In this document: piece by piece, positions 27,764 to 41,349 of the stretch
Layout: the number at the start of each line of letters is the position of its first letter
Position numbering within the stretch: position 1 is the first letter of the stretch
Assembly: GCA_964057225.1 (NCBI GenBank)
Contig: OZ059895.1
Coordinates: forward strand, 22,940,001 to 23,004,000
Source of the DNA: Auanema rhodensis
Lineage: Eukaryota; Animalia; Nematoda
Direction: 5' to 3'
Length of the DNA: 64,000 nt
Made by a program: the position numbers and the translations under genes
The notes under the pieces: generated by a model
The model's input: only the letters and a program-made list of their open reading frames with translations
Databases searched by the model: none
What the model was told of the DNA's origin: nothing

Positions 27764-28299
27764 TGCGTCGATCTGTGTTATCAGATTTGCGCTAGCTTAA
27801 AAATGCACCGAGATATCAACTGATATAAGTTCACACTTATATCCTCGATTTTCACCCTGAAGAATTAATTTTTTCGTTGAATAACATTGTCCATCGTCTT
27901 TGCCTTGAAAAAAGGAATCTAAAAACATCTACTTTTTGCTAAATTATATTGAAATTTTTCGAAAAAATTTTTGTCAAAATGTTTTTGGAAGCAATGTTGA
28001 GTGTACATGGAAACTCAACATACACTAATGCATCATTTTTCAAACGATCATAACTAATTTTTGTATTAAGCGTTTCTCAATGTAGTATAGTGCATTCGAT
28101 GCGGATTTTTAAGCTGCGTCGATCTGTGTTATCAGATTTGCGCTAGCTTAAAAATGCACCGAGATATCAACTGATATAAGTTCACACTTATATCCTCGAT
28201 TTTCACCCTGAAGAATTGATTTTTTTGTTGAATAACATTGTCCATCGTCTTTGCCTTGAAAAAAGGAATCCAAAAACATCTACTTTTTGCTAAATTATT

Positions 28300-31200
28300 T
28301 TGAAATTTTTTGAAAAAATTTTTGTCAAAATGTTTTTGGAAGCAATGTTGAGTGTACATGGAAACTCAACATACACTAATGCATCATTTTTCAAACGATC
28401 ATAACTAATTTTTGTATTAAGCGTTTCTCAATGTAGTACAGTGCATTCGATGCGGATTTTTAAGCTGCGTCGATCTGTGTTATCAGATTTGCGCTAGCTT
28501 AAAAATGCACCGAGATATCAACTGATATAAGTTCACACTTATATCCTCGATTTTCACCCTGAAGAATTAATTTTTTCGTTGAATAACATTGTCCATCGTA
28601 TTTGCCTTAAAAAAAGGAATCTAAAAACATCTACTTTTTGCTAAATTATATTGAAATTTTTCGAAAAAATTTTTGTCAAAATGTTTTTGGAAGCAATGTT
28701 GAGTGTACATGGAAACTCAACATACACTAATGCATCATTTTTCAAACGATCATAACTAATTTTTGTATTAAGCGTTTCTCAATGTAGTATAGTGCATTCG
28801 ATGCGGATTTTTAAGCTGCGTCGATCTGTGTTATCAGATTTGCGCTAGCTTAAAAATGCACCGAGATATCAACTGATATAAGTTCACACTTATATCCTCG
28901 ATTTTCACCCTGAAGAATTGATTTTTTTGTTGAATAACATTGTCCATCGTCTTTGCCTTGAAAAAAGGAATCTAAAAACATCTACTTTTTGCTAAATTAT
29001 TTTGAATTTTTTCGAAAAAATTTTTGTCAAAATGTTTTTGGAAGCAATGTTGAGTGTACATGGAAACTCAACATACACTAATGCATCATTTTTCAAACGA
29101 TCATAACTTATTTTGTGTATTAAGCGTTTCTCAATGTAGTATAGTGCATTCGATGCGGATTTTTAAGCTGCGTCGATCTGTGTTATCAGATTTGCGCTAG
29201 CTTGAATATGCACCGAGATATCAACTGAGATATGTTCACACTTATATCCTCGATTTTCACCCTAAAGAATTGATTTTTTCGTTGAATAACATTGTCCATC
29301 GTCTTTGCCTTGAAAAAAGGAATCTAAAAACATCTACTTTTGCTAAATTATTTTGAAATTTCTCGAAAAAAGTTTTGTCAAAATGTTTTTGGAAGCAATG
29401 TTGAGTGTACATGGAAACTCAACATACACTAATGCATAATTTTTCAAACGATCATAACTAATTTTTGTATTAAGCGTTTCTCAATGTAGTATAGTGCATT
29501 CGATGCGGATTTTTAAGCTGCGTCGATCTGTGTTATCAGATTTGCGCTAGCTTAAAAATGCACCGAGATATCAACTGATATAAGTTCACACTTATATCCT
29601 CGATTTTCACCCTAAAGAATTAATTTTTTCGTTGAATAACATTGTCCATCGTCTTTGCCTTAAAAAAAGGAATCTAAAAACATCTACTTTTTGCTAAATT
29701 ATATTGAAATTTTTCGAAAAAATTTTTGTCAAAATGTTTTTGGAAGCAATGTTGAGTGTACATGGAAACTCAACATACACTAATGCATCATTTTTCAAAC
29801 GATCATAACTAATTTTTGTATTAAGCGTTGCTCAATGTAGTATAGTGCATTCGATGCGGATTTTTAAGCTGCGTCGATCTGTGTTATCAGATTTGCGCTA
29901 GCTTAAAAATGCACCGAGATATCAACTGATATAAGTTCACACTTATATCCTCGATTTTCACCCTAAAGAATTAATTTTTTCGTTGAATAACATTGTCCAT
30001 CGTCTTTGCCTTGAAAAAAGAAATCTATAAACATCTACTTTTTGCTAAATTATTTTGAAATTTTTTGAAAAAATTTTTGTCAAAATGTTTTTGGAAGCAA
30101 TGTTGAGTGTACATGGAAACTCAACATACACTAATGCATCATTTTTCAAACGATCATAACTAATTTTTGTATTAAGCGTTTCTCAATGTAGTACAGTGCA
30201 TTCGATGCGGATTTTTAAGCTGCGTCGATCTGTGTTATCAGATTTGCGCTAGCTTAAAAATGCACCGAGATATCAACTGATATAAGTTCACACTTATATC
30301 CTCGATTTTCACCCTGAAGAATTAATTTTTTCGTTGAATAACATTGTCCATCGTATTTGCCTTAAAAAAAGGAATCTAAAAACATCTACTTTTTGCTAAA
30401 TTATATTGAAATTTTTCGAAAAAATTTTTGTCAAAATGTTTTTGGAAGCAATGTTGAGTGTACATGGAAACTCAACATACACTAATGCATCATTTTTCAA
30501 ACGATCATAACTAATTTTTGTATTAAGCGTTTCTCAATGTAGTATAGTGCATTCGATGCGGATTTTTAAGCTGCGTCGATCTGTGTTATCAGATTTGCGC
30601 TAGCTTAAAAATGCACCGAGATATCAACTGATATAAGTTCACACTTATATCCTCGATTTTCACCCTGAAGAATTGATTTTTTTGTTGAATAACATTGTCC
30701 ATCGTCTTTGCCTTGAAAAAAGGAATCTAAAAACATCTACTTTTTGCTAAATTATTTTGAATTTTTTCGAAAAAATTTTTGTCAAAATGTTTTTGGAAGC
30801 AATGTTGAGTGTACATGGAAACTCAACATACACTAATGCATCATTTTTCAAACGATCATAACTTATTTTGTGTATTAAGCGTTTCTCAATGTAGTATAGT
30901 GCATTCGATGCGGATTTTTAAGCTGCGTCGATCTGTGTTATCAGATTTGCGCTAGCTTGAATATGCACCGAGATATCAACTGAGATATGTTCACACTTAT
31001 ATCCTCGATTTTCACCCTAAAGAATTGATTTTTTCGTTGAATAACATTGTCCATCGTCTTTGCCTTGAAAAAAGGAATCTAAAAACATCTACTTTTGCTA
31101 AATTATTTTGAAATTTCTCGAAAAAAGTTTTGTCAAAATGTTTTTGGAAGCAATGTTGAGTGTACATGGAAACTCAACATACACTAATGCATAATTTTTC

Positions 31201-33570
31201 AAACGATCATAACTAATTTTTGTATTAAGCGTTTCTCAATGTAGTATAGTGCATTCGATGCGGATTTTTAAGCTGCGTCGATCTGTGTTATCAGATTTGC
31301 GCTAGCTTAAAAATGCACCGAGATATCAACTGATATAAGTTCACACTTATATCCTCGATTTTCACCCTGAAGAATTAATTTTTTCGTTGAATAACATTGT
31401 CCATCGTCTTTGCCTTAAAAAAAGGAATCTAAAAACATCTACTTTTTGCTAAATTATATTGAAATTTTTCGAAAAAATTTTTGTCAAAATGTTTTTGGAA
31501 GCAATGTTGAGTGTACATGGAAACTCAACATACACTAATGCATCATTTTTCAAACGATCATAACTAATTTTTGTATTAAGCGTTGCTCAATGTAGTATAG
31601 TGCATTCGATGCGGATTTTTAAGCTGCGTCGATCTGTGTTATCAGATTTGCGCTAGCTTAAAAATGCACCGAGATATCAACTGATATAAGTTCACACTTA
31701 TATCCTCGATTTTCACCCTAAAGAATTAATTTTTTCGTTGAATAACATTGTCCATCGTCTTTGCCTTGAAAAAAGGAATCTATAAACATCTACTTTTTGC
31801 TAAATTATTTTGAAATTTTTTGAAAAAATTTTTGTCAAAATGTTTTTGGAAGCTATGTTGAGTGTACATGGAAACTCAACATACACTAATGCATAATTTT
31901 TCAAACGATCATAACTAATTTTTGTATTAAGCGTTTCTCAATGTAGTATAGTGCATTCGATGCGGATTTTTAAGCTGCGTCGATCTGTGTTATCAGATTT
32001 GCGCTAGCTTAAAAATGCACCGAGATATCAACTGATATAAGTTCACACTTATATCCTCGATTTTCACCCTGAAGAATTAATTTTTTCGTTGAATAACAAT
32101 GTCCATCGTCTTTGCCTTGAAAAAAGGAATCCAAAAACATCTACTTTTTGCTAAATTATTTTGAATTTTTTCGAAAAAATTTTTGTCAAAATGTTTTTGG
32201 AAGCAATGTTGAGTGTACATGGAAACTCAACATACACTAATGCATCATTTTTCAAACGATCATAACTTATTTTGTGTATTAAGCGTTTCTCAATGTAGTA
32301 TAGTGCATTCGATGCGGATTTTTAAGCTGCGTCGATCTGTGTTATCAGATTTGCGCTAGCTTGAATATGCACCGAGATATCAACTGAGATATGTTCACAC
32401 TTATATCCTCGATTTTCACCCTAAAGAATTGATTTTTTCGTTGAATAACATTGTCCATCGTCTTTGCCTTGAAAAAAGGAATCTAAAAACATCTACTTTT
32501 GCTAAATTATTTTGAAATTTCTCGAAAAAAGTTTTGTCAAAATGTTTTTGGAAGCAATGTTGAGTGTACATGGAAACTCAACATACACTAATGCATAATT
32601 TTTCAAACGATCATAACTAATTTTTGTATTAAGCGTTTCTCAATGTAGTATAGTGCATTCGATGCGGATTTTTAAGCTGCGTCGATCTGTGTTATCAGAT
32701 TTGCGCTAGCTTAAAAATGCACCGAGATATCAACTGATATAAGTTCACACTTATATCCTCGATTTTCACCCTGAAGAATTAATTTTTTCGTTGAATAACA
32801 TTGTCCATCGTCTTTGCCTTAAAAAAAGGAATCTAAAAACATCTACTTTTTGCTAAATTATATTGAAATTTTTCGAAAAAATTTTTGTCAAAATGTTTTT
32901 GGAAGCAATGTTGAGTGTACATGGAAACTCAACATACACTAATGCATCATTTTTCAAACGATCATAACTAATTTTTGTATTAAGCGTTGCTCAATGTAGT
33001 ATAGTGCATTCGATGCGGATTTTTAAGCTGCGTCGATCTGTGTTATCAGATTTGCGCTAGCTTAAAAATGCACCGAGATATCAACTGATATAAGTTCACA
33101 CTTATATCCTCGATTTTCACCCTAAAGAATTAATTTTTTCGTTGAATAACATTGTCCATCGTCTTTGCCTTGAAAAAAGGAATCTATAAACATCTACTTT
33201 TTGCTAAATTATTTTGAAATTTTTTGAAAAAATTTTTGTCAAAATGTTTTTGGAAGCTATGTTGAGTGTACATGGAAACTCAACATACACTAATGCATAA
33301 TTTTTCAAACGATCATAACTAATTTTTGTATTAAGCGTTTCTCAATGTAGTATAGTGCATTCGATGCGGATTTTTAAGCTGCGTCGATCTGTGTTATCAG
33401 ATTTGCGCTAGCTTAAAAATGCACCGAGATATCAACTGATATAAGTTCACACTTATATCCTCGATTTTCACCCTGAAGAATTAATTTTTTCGTTGAATAA
33501 CAATGTCCATCGTCTTTGCCTTGAAAAAAGGAATCCAAAAACATCTACTTTTTGCTAAATTATTTTGAAA
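28300..33570 (-). repeat. 5-mer (1755 bp) duplication followed by an overlapping 4-mer (1404 bp) duplication; boundaries approximate
   Basis: GTACAGTG at 28436/30191 (+1755). CTTGAATATG at 29201/30956/32360 (+1755, +1404). Confidence 0.85.
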
Positions 33571-33639
33571 TTTTTCGAAAAAATTTTTGTCAAAATGTTT
33601 TTGGAAGCAATGTTGAGTGTACATGGAAACTCAACATAC

Positions 33640-36600
33640 ACTAATGCATAATTTTTCAAACGATCATAACTAATTTTTGTATTAAGCGTTTCTCAATGTA
33701 GTATAGTGCATTCGATGCGGATTTTTAAGCTGCGTCGATCTGTGTTATCAGATTTGCGCTAGCTTAAAAATGCACCGAGATATCAACTGATATAAGTTCA
33801 CACTTATATCCTCGCATTTCACCCTAAAGAATTAATTTTTTCGTTGAATAACAATGTCCATCGTCTTTGCCTTGAAAAAAGGAATCCAAAAACATCTACT
33901 TTTTGCTAAATTATTTTGAAATTTTTCGAAAAAATTTTTGTCAAAATGTTTTTGGAAGCAATGTTGAGTGTACATGGAAACTCAACATACACTAATGCAT
34001 AATTTTTCAAACGATCATAACTAATTTTTGTATTAAGCGATTCTCAATGTAGTATAGTGCATTCGATGCGGATTTTTAAGCTGCGTCGATCTGTGTTATC
34101 AGATTTGCGCTAGCTTAAAAATGCACCGAGATATCAACTGATATAAGTTCACACTTATATCCACGATTTTCACCCTGAAGAATTAATTTTTTCGTTGAAT
34201 AACATTGTCCATCGTCTTTGCCTTGAAAAAAGGAATCTAAAAACATCTACTTTTTGCTAAATTATATTGAAATTTTTCGAAAAAATTTTTGTCAAAATGT
34301 TTTTGGAAGCAATGTTAAGTGTACATGGAAACTCAACATACACTAATGCATCATTTTTCAAACGATCATAAACAATTTTTGTATTAAGCGTTTCTCAATG
34401 TAGTATCGTGCATTCGATGCGGATTTTTAAGCTGCGTCGATCTGTGTTATCAGATTTGCGCTAGCTTAAAAATGCACCGAGATATCAACTGATATAAGTT
34501 CACACTTATATCCTCGATTTTCACCCTGAAGAATTAATTTTTTCGTTGAATAACATTGTCCATCGTCTTTGCCTTGAAAAAAGGAATCTAAAAACATCTA
34601 CTTTTAGCTAAATTATATTGAAATTTTTCGAAAAAATTTTTGTCAAAATGTTTTTGGAAGCAATGTTGAGTGTACATGGAAACTCAACATACACTAATGC
34701 ATCATTTTTCAAACGATCATAACTAATTTTTGTATTAAGCGTTTCTCAATGTAGTATAGTGCATTCGATGCGGATTTTTAAGCTGCGTCGATCTGTGTTA
34801 TCAGATCTGCGCTAGCTTAAAAATGCACCGAGATATCAACTGATATAAGTTCACACTTATATCCTCGATTTTCACCCTGAAGAATTAGTTTTTTTGTTGA
34901 AAAACATTGTCCATCGTCTTTGCCTTGAAAAAAGGAATCTAAAAACATCTACTTTTTGCTAATATATATTGAAATTTTTCGAAAAAATTTTTGTCAAAAT
35001 GTTTTTGGAAGCAATGTAGAGTGTACATGGAAACTCAACATACACTAATGCATCATTTTTCAAACGATCATAACTAATTTTTGTATTAAGCGTTTCTCAA
35101 TGTAGTATAGTGCATTCGATGCGGATTTTTAAGCTGCGTCGATCTGTGTTATCAGATTTGCGCTAGCTTGAATATGCACCGAGATATCAACTGAGATATG
35201 TTCACACTTATATCCTCGATTTTCACCCTGATGAATCGATTTTTTCGTTGAATAACATTGTCCATCGTCTTTGCCTTGAAAAAAGGAATCTAAAAACATC
35301 TACTTTTGCTAAATTATTTTGAAATTTCTCGAAAAAAGTTTTGTCAAAATGTTTTTGGAAGCAATGTTGAGTGTACATGGAAACTCAACATACACTAATG
35401 CATAATTTTTCAAACGATCATAACTAATTTTTGTATTAAGCGTTTCTCAATGTAGTATAGTGCATTCGATGCGGATTTTTAAGCTGCGTCGATCTGTGTT
35501 ATCAGATTTGCGCTAGCTTAAAAATGCACCGAGATATCAACTGATATAAGTTCACACTTATATCCTCGCATTTCACCCTAAAGAATTAATTTTTTCGTTG
35601 AATAACAATGTCCATCGTCTTTGCCTTGAAAAAAGGAATCCAAAAACATCTACTTTTTGCTAAATTATTTTGAAATTTTTCGAAAAAATTTTTGTCAAAA
35701 TGTTTTTGGAAGCAATGTTGAGTGTACATGGAAACTCAACATACACTAATGCATAATTTTTCAAACGATCATAACTAATTTTTGTATTAAGCGATTCTCA
35801 ATGTAGTATAGTGCATTCGATGCGGATTTTTAAGCTGCGTCGATCTGTGTTATCAGATTTGCGCTAGCTTAAAAATGCACCGAGATATCAACTGATATAA
35901 GTTCACACTTATATCCACGATTTTCACCCTGAAGAATTAATTTTTTCGTTGAATAACATTGTCCATCGTCTTTGCCTTGAAAAAAGGAATCTAAAAACAT
36001 CTACTTTTTGCTAAATTATATTGAAATTTTTCGAAAAAATTTTTGTCAAAATGTTTTTGGAAGCAATGTTAAGTGTACATGGAAACTCAACATACACTAA
36101 TGCATCATTTTTCAAACGATCATAAACAATTTTTGTATTAAGCGTTTCTCAATGTAGTATCGTGCATTCGATGCGGATTTTTAAGCTGCGTCGATCTGTG
36201 TTATCAGATTTGCGCTAGCTTAAAAATGCACCGAGATATCAACTGATATAAGTTCACACTTATATCCTCGATTTTCACCCTGAAGAATTAATTTTTTCGT
36301 TGAATAACATTGTCCATCGTCTTTGCCTTGAAAAAAGGAATCTAAAAACATCTACTTTTAGCTAAATTATATTGAAATTTTTCGAAAAAATTTTTGTCAA
36401 AATGTTTTTGGAAGCAATGTTGAGTGTACATGGAAACTCAACATACACTAATGCATCATTTTTCAAACGATCATAACTAATTTTTGTATTAAGCGTTTCT
36501 CAATGTAGTATAGTGCATTCGATGCGGATTTTTAAGCTGCGTCGATCTGTGTTATCAGATCTGCGCTAGCTTAAAAATGCACCGAGATATCAACTGATAT

Positions 36601-37300
36601 AAGTTCACACTTATATCCTCGATTTTCACCCTGAAGAATTAGTTTTTTTGTTGAAAAACATTGTCCATCGTCTTTGCCTTGAAAAAAGGAATCTAAAAAC
36701 ATCTACTTTTTGCTAATATATATTGAAATTTTTCGAAAAAATTTTTGTCAAAATGTTTTTGGAAGCAATGTAGAGTGTACATGGAAACTCAACATACACT
36801 AATGCATCATTTTTCAAACGATCATAACTAATTTTTGTATTAAGCGTTTCTCAATGTAGTATAGTGCATTCGATGCGGATTTTTAAGCTGCGTCGATCTG
36901 TGTTATCAGATTTGCGCTAGCTTGAATATGCACCGAGATATCAACTGAGATATGTTCACACTTATATCCTCGATTTTCACCCTGATGAATCGATTTTTTC
37001 GTTGAATAACATTGTCCATCGTCTTTGCCTTGAAAAAAGGAATCTAAAAACATCTACTTTTGCTAAATTATTTTGAAATTTCTCGAAAAAAGTTTTGTCA
37101 AAATGTTTTTGGAAGCAATGTTGAGTGTACATGGAAACTCAACATACACTAATGCATAATTTTTCAAACGATCATAACTAATTTTTGTATTAAGCGTTTC
37201 TCAATGTAGTATAGTGCATTCGATGCGGATTTTTAAGCTGCGTCGATCTGTGTTATCAGATTTGCGCTAGCTTAAAAATGCACCGAGATATCAACTGATA
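33640..37300 (-). repeat. Variant-rich 5-mer (1754 bp) higher-order repeat, two copies; boundaries approximate
   Basis: CTCGCATTTC at 33811/35565 and CCACGATTTT at 34161/35915. GCGATTCTC, TATCGTG, CTTTTAGCT, TCAGATCTGC, AATATATATT and CTGATGAATCG also repeat at +1754. Confidence 0.9.
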
Positions 37301-40300
37301 TAAGTTCACACTTATATCCTCGATTTTCACCCTGAAGAATTAATTTTTTCGTTGAATAACAATGTCCATCGTCTTTGACTTGAAAAAAGGAATCCAAAAA
37401 CATCTACTTTTTGCTAAATTATTTTGAAATTTTTCGAAAAAATTTTTGTCAAAATGTTTTTGGAAGCAATGTTGAGTGTACATGGAAACTCAACATACAC
37501 TAATGCATAATTTTTCAAACGATCATAACTAATTTTTGTATTAAGCGTTTCTCAATGTAGTATAGTGCATTCGATGCGGATTTTTAAGCTGCGTCGATCT
37601 GTGTTATCAGATTTGCGCTAGCTTAAAAATGCACCGAGATATCAACTGATATAAGTTCACACTTATATCCTCGATTTTCACCCTAAAGAATTAATTTTTT
37701 CGTTGAATAACAATGTCCATCGTCTTTGCCTTGAAAAAAGGAATCCAAAAACATCTACTTTTTGCTAAATTATTTTGAAATTTTTCGAAAAAATTTTTGT
37801 CAAAATGTTTTTGGAAGCAATGTTGAGTGTACATGGAAACTCAACATACACTAATGCATAATTTTTCAAACGATCATAACTAATTTTTGTATTAAGCGTT
37901 TCTCAATGTAGTATAGTGCATTCGATGCGGATTTTTAAGCTGCGTCGATCTGTGTTATCAGATTTGCGCTAGCTTAAAAATGCACCGAGATATCAACTGA
38001 TATAAGTTCACACTTATATCCTCGATTTTCACCCTAAAGAATTAATTTTTTCGTTGAATAACATTGTCCATCGTCTTTGCCTTGAAAAAAGGAATCTATA
38101 AACATCTACTTTTTGCTAAATTATTTTGAAATTTTTTGAAAAAATTTTTGTCAAAATGTTTTTGGAAGCTATGTTGAGTGTACATGGAACAACATACACT
38201 AATGCATAATTTTTCAAACGATCATAACTAATTTTTGTATTAAGCGTTTCTCAATGTAGTATAGTGCATTCGATGCGGATTTTTAAGCTGCGTCGATCTG
38301 TGTTATCAGATTTGCGCTAGCTTAAAAATGCACCGAGATATCAACTGATATAAGTTCACACTTATATCCTCGATTTTCACCCTAAAGAATTAATTTTTTC
38401 GTTGAATAACATTGTCCATCGTCTTTGCCTTGAAAAAAGGAATCTATAAACATCTACTTTTTGCTAAATTATTTTGAAATTTTTTGAAAAAATTTTTGTC
38501 AAAATGTTTTTGGAAGCAATGTAGAGTGTACATGGAAACTCAACATACACTAATGCATCATTTTTCAAACGATCATAACTAATTTTTGTATTAAGCGTTT
38601 CTCAATGTAGTATAGTGCATTCGATGCGGATTTTTAAGCTGCGTCGATCTGTGTTATCAGATTTGCGCTAGCTTGAATATGCACCGAGATATCAACTGAG
38701 ATATGTTCACACTTATATCCTCGATTTTCACCCTGATGAATCGATTTTTTCGTTGAATAACATTGTCCATCGTCTTTGCCTTGAAAAAAGGAATCTAAAA
38801 ACATCTACTTTTGCTAAATTATTTTGAAATTTCTCGAAAAAATTTTTGTCAAAATGTTTTTGGAAGCAATGTAGAGTGTACATGGAAACTCAACATACAC
38901 TAATGCATCATTTTTCAAACGATCATAACTAATTTTTGTATTAAGCGTTTCTCAATGTAGTATAGTGCATTCGATGCGGATTTTTAAGCTGCGTCGATCT
39001 GTGTTATCAGATTTGCGCTAGCTTGAATATGCACCGAGATATCAACTGAGATATGTTCACACTTATATCCTCGATTTTCACCCTGATGAATCGATTTTTT
39101 CGTTGAATAACATTGTCCATCGTCTTTGCCTTGAAAAAAGGAATCTAAAAACATCTACTTTTGCTAAATTATTTTGAAATTTCTCGAAAAAATTTTTGTC
39201 AAAATGTTTTTGGAAGCAATGTTGAGTGTACATGGAAACTCAACATACACTAATGCATAATTTTTCAAACGATCATAACTAATTTTTGTATTAAGCGTTT
39301 CTCAATGTAGTATAGTGCCATCGATGCGGATTTTTAAGCTGCGTCGATCTGTGTTATCAGATTTGCGCTAGCTTAAAAATGCACCGAGATATCAACTGAT
39401 ATAAGTTCACACTTATATCCTCGATTTTCACCCTAAAGAATTAATTTTTTCGTTGAATAACATTGTCCATCGTCTTTGCCTTGAAAAAAGGAATCTATAA
39501 ACATCTACTTTTTGCTAAATTATTTTGAAATTTTTTGAAAAAATTTTTGTCAAAATGTTTTTGGAAGCAATGTAGAGTGTACATGGAAACTCAACATACA
39601 CTAATGCATCATTTTTCAAACGATCATAACTAATTTTTGTATTAAGCGTTTCTCAATGTAGTATAGTGCATTCGATGCGGATTTTTAAGCTGCGTCGATC
39701 TGTGTTATCAGATTTGCGCTAGCTTGAATATGCACCGAGATATCAACTGAGATATGTTCACACTTATATCCTCGATTTTCACCCTGATGAATCGATTTTT
39801 TCGTTGAATAACATTGTCCATCGTCTTTGCCTTGAAAAAAGGAATCTAAAAACATCTACTTTTGCTAAATTATTTTGAAATTTCTCGAAAAAAGTTTTGT
39901 CAAAATGTTTTTGGAAGCAATGTTGAGTGTACATGGAAACTCAACATACACTAATGCATAATTTTTCAAACGATCATAACTAATTTTTGTATTAAGCGTT
40001 TCTCAATGTAGTATAGTGCATTCGATGCGGATTTTTAAGCTGCGTCGATCTGTGTTATCAGATTTGCGCTAGCTTAAAAATGCACCGAGATATCAACTGA
40101 TATAAGTTCACACTTATATCCTCGATTTTCACCCTAAAGAATTAATTTTTTCGTTGAATAACATTGTCCATCGTCTTTGCCTTGAAAAAAGGAATCTATA
40201 AACATCTACTTTTTGCTAAATTATTTTGAAATTTTTTGAAAAAATTTTTGTCAAAATGTTTTTGGAAGCTATGTTGAGTGTACATGGAACAACATACACT

Positions 40301-41349
40301 AATGCATAATTTTTCAAACGATCATAACTAATTTTTGTATTAAGCGTTTCTCAATGTAGTATAGTGCATTCGATGCGGATTTTTAAGCTGCGTCGATCTG
40401 TGTTATCAGATTTGCGCTAGCTTAAAAATGCACCGAGATATCAACTGATATAAGTTCACACTTATATCCTCGATTTTCACCCTAAAGAATTAATTTTTTC
40501 GTTGAATAACATTGTCCATCGTCTTTGCCTTGAAAAAAGGAATCTATAAACATCTACTTTTTGCTAAATTATATTGAAATTTTTCGAAAAAATTTTTGTC
40601 AAAATGTTTTTGGAAGCAATGTTGAGTGTACATGGAAACTCAACATACACTAATGCATCATTTTTCAAACGATCATAACTAATTTTTGTATTAAGCGTTT
40701 CTCAATGTAGTATAGTGCATTCGATGCGGATTTTTAAGCTGCGTCGATCTGTGTTATCAGATTTGCGCTAGCTTAAAAATGCACCGAGATATCAACTGAT
40801 ATAAGTTCACACTTATATCCTCGATTTTCACCCTGAAGAATTAATTTTTTCGTTGAATAACATTGTCCATCGTCTTTGCCTTAAAAAAAGGAATCTAAAA
40901 ACATCTACTTTTCGCTAAATTATATTGAAATTTTTCGAAAAAATTTTTGTCAAAATGTTTTTGGAAGCAATGTTGAGTGTACATGGAAACTCAACATACA
41001 CTAATGCATCATTTTTCAAACGATCATAACTAATTTTTGTATTGAGCGTTGCTCAATGTAGTATAGTGCATTCGATGCGGATTTTTAAGCTGCGTCGATC
41101 TGTGTTATCAGATTTGCGCTAGCTTAAAAATGCACCGAGATATCAACTGATATAAGTTCACACTTATATCCTCGATTTTCACCCTAAAGAATTAATTTTT
41201 TCGTTGAATAACATTGTCCATCGTCTTTGCCTTGAAAAAAGGAATCTATAAACATCTACTTTTTGCTAAATTATTTTGAAAATTTTTGAAAAAATTTTTG
41301 TCAAAATGTTTTTGGAAGCTATGTTGAGTGTACATGGAAACTCAACATA

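Noticed and set aside
27872-27890. CENP-B-box-like TTCGTTGAATAAC
   Set aside because: It matches only the TTCG half of NTTCGNNNNANNCGGGN; the essential CGGG is absent.
27600-27970. Junction as a fold-back chimeric read or scaffold artefact
   Set aside because: The arms are not mirror copies (different haplotypes and higher-order repeats), the breakpoints are asymmetric, and there is a structured filler with no gap. Read-level confirmation is still needed.
28132-28359. 75-aa ORF on the - strand (MYTQHCFQKHFDKNFF...)
   Set aside because: It lies wholly within one satellite monomer. It is open only because two variants (TAG to TGG, and TAA to CAA) coincide in this copy, while other copies have stops in this frame. 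The F/K/N-rich composition reflects A/T tracts, and I recognise no domain.
35228-35270. Hammerhead ribozyme core (CTGAAGA, or CTGATGA in one subtype), as in newt, schistosome and cave-cricket satellites and retrozymes
   Set aside because: CUGANGA is present, but there is no convincing stem II followed by GAAA (the consensus reads GAAT) and no stem I partner for TTCACC. Many copies carry CTAAAGA. An Infernal or RNAMotif search would settle it.
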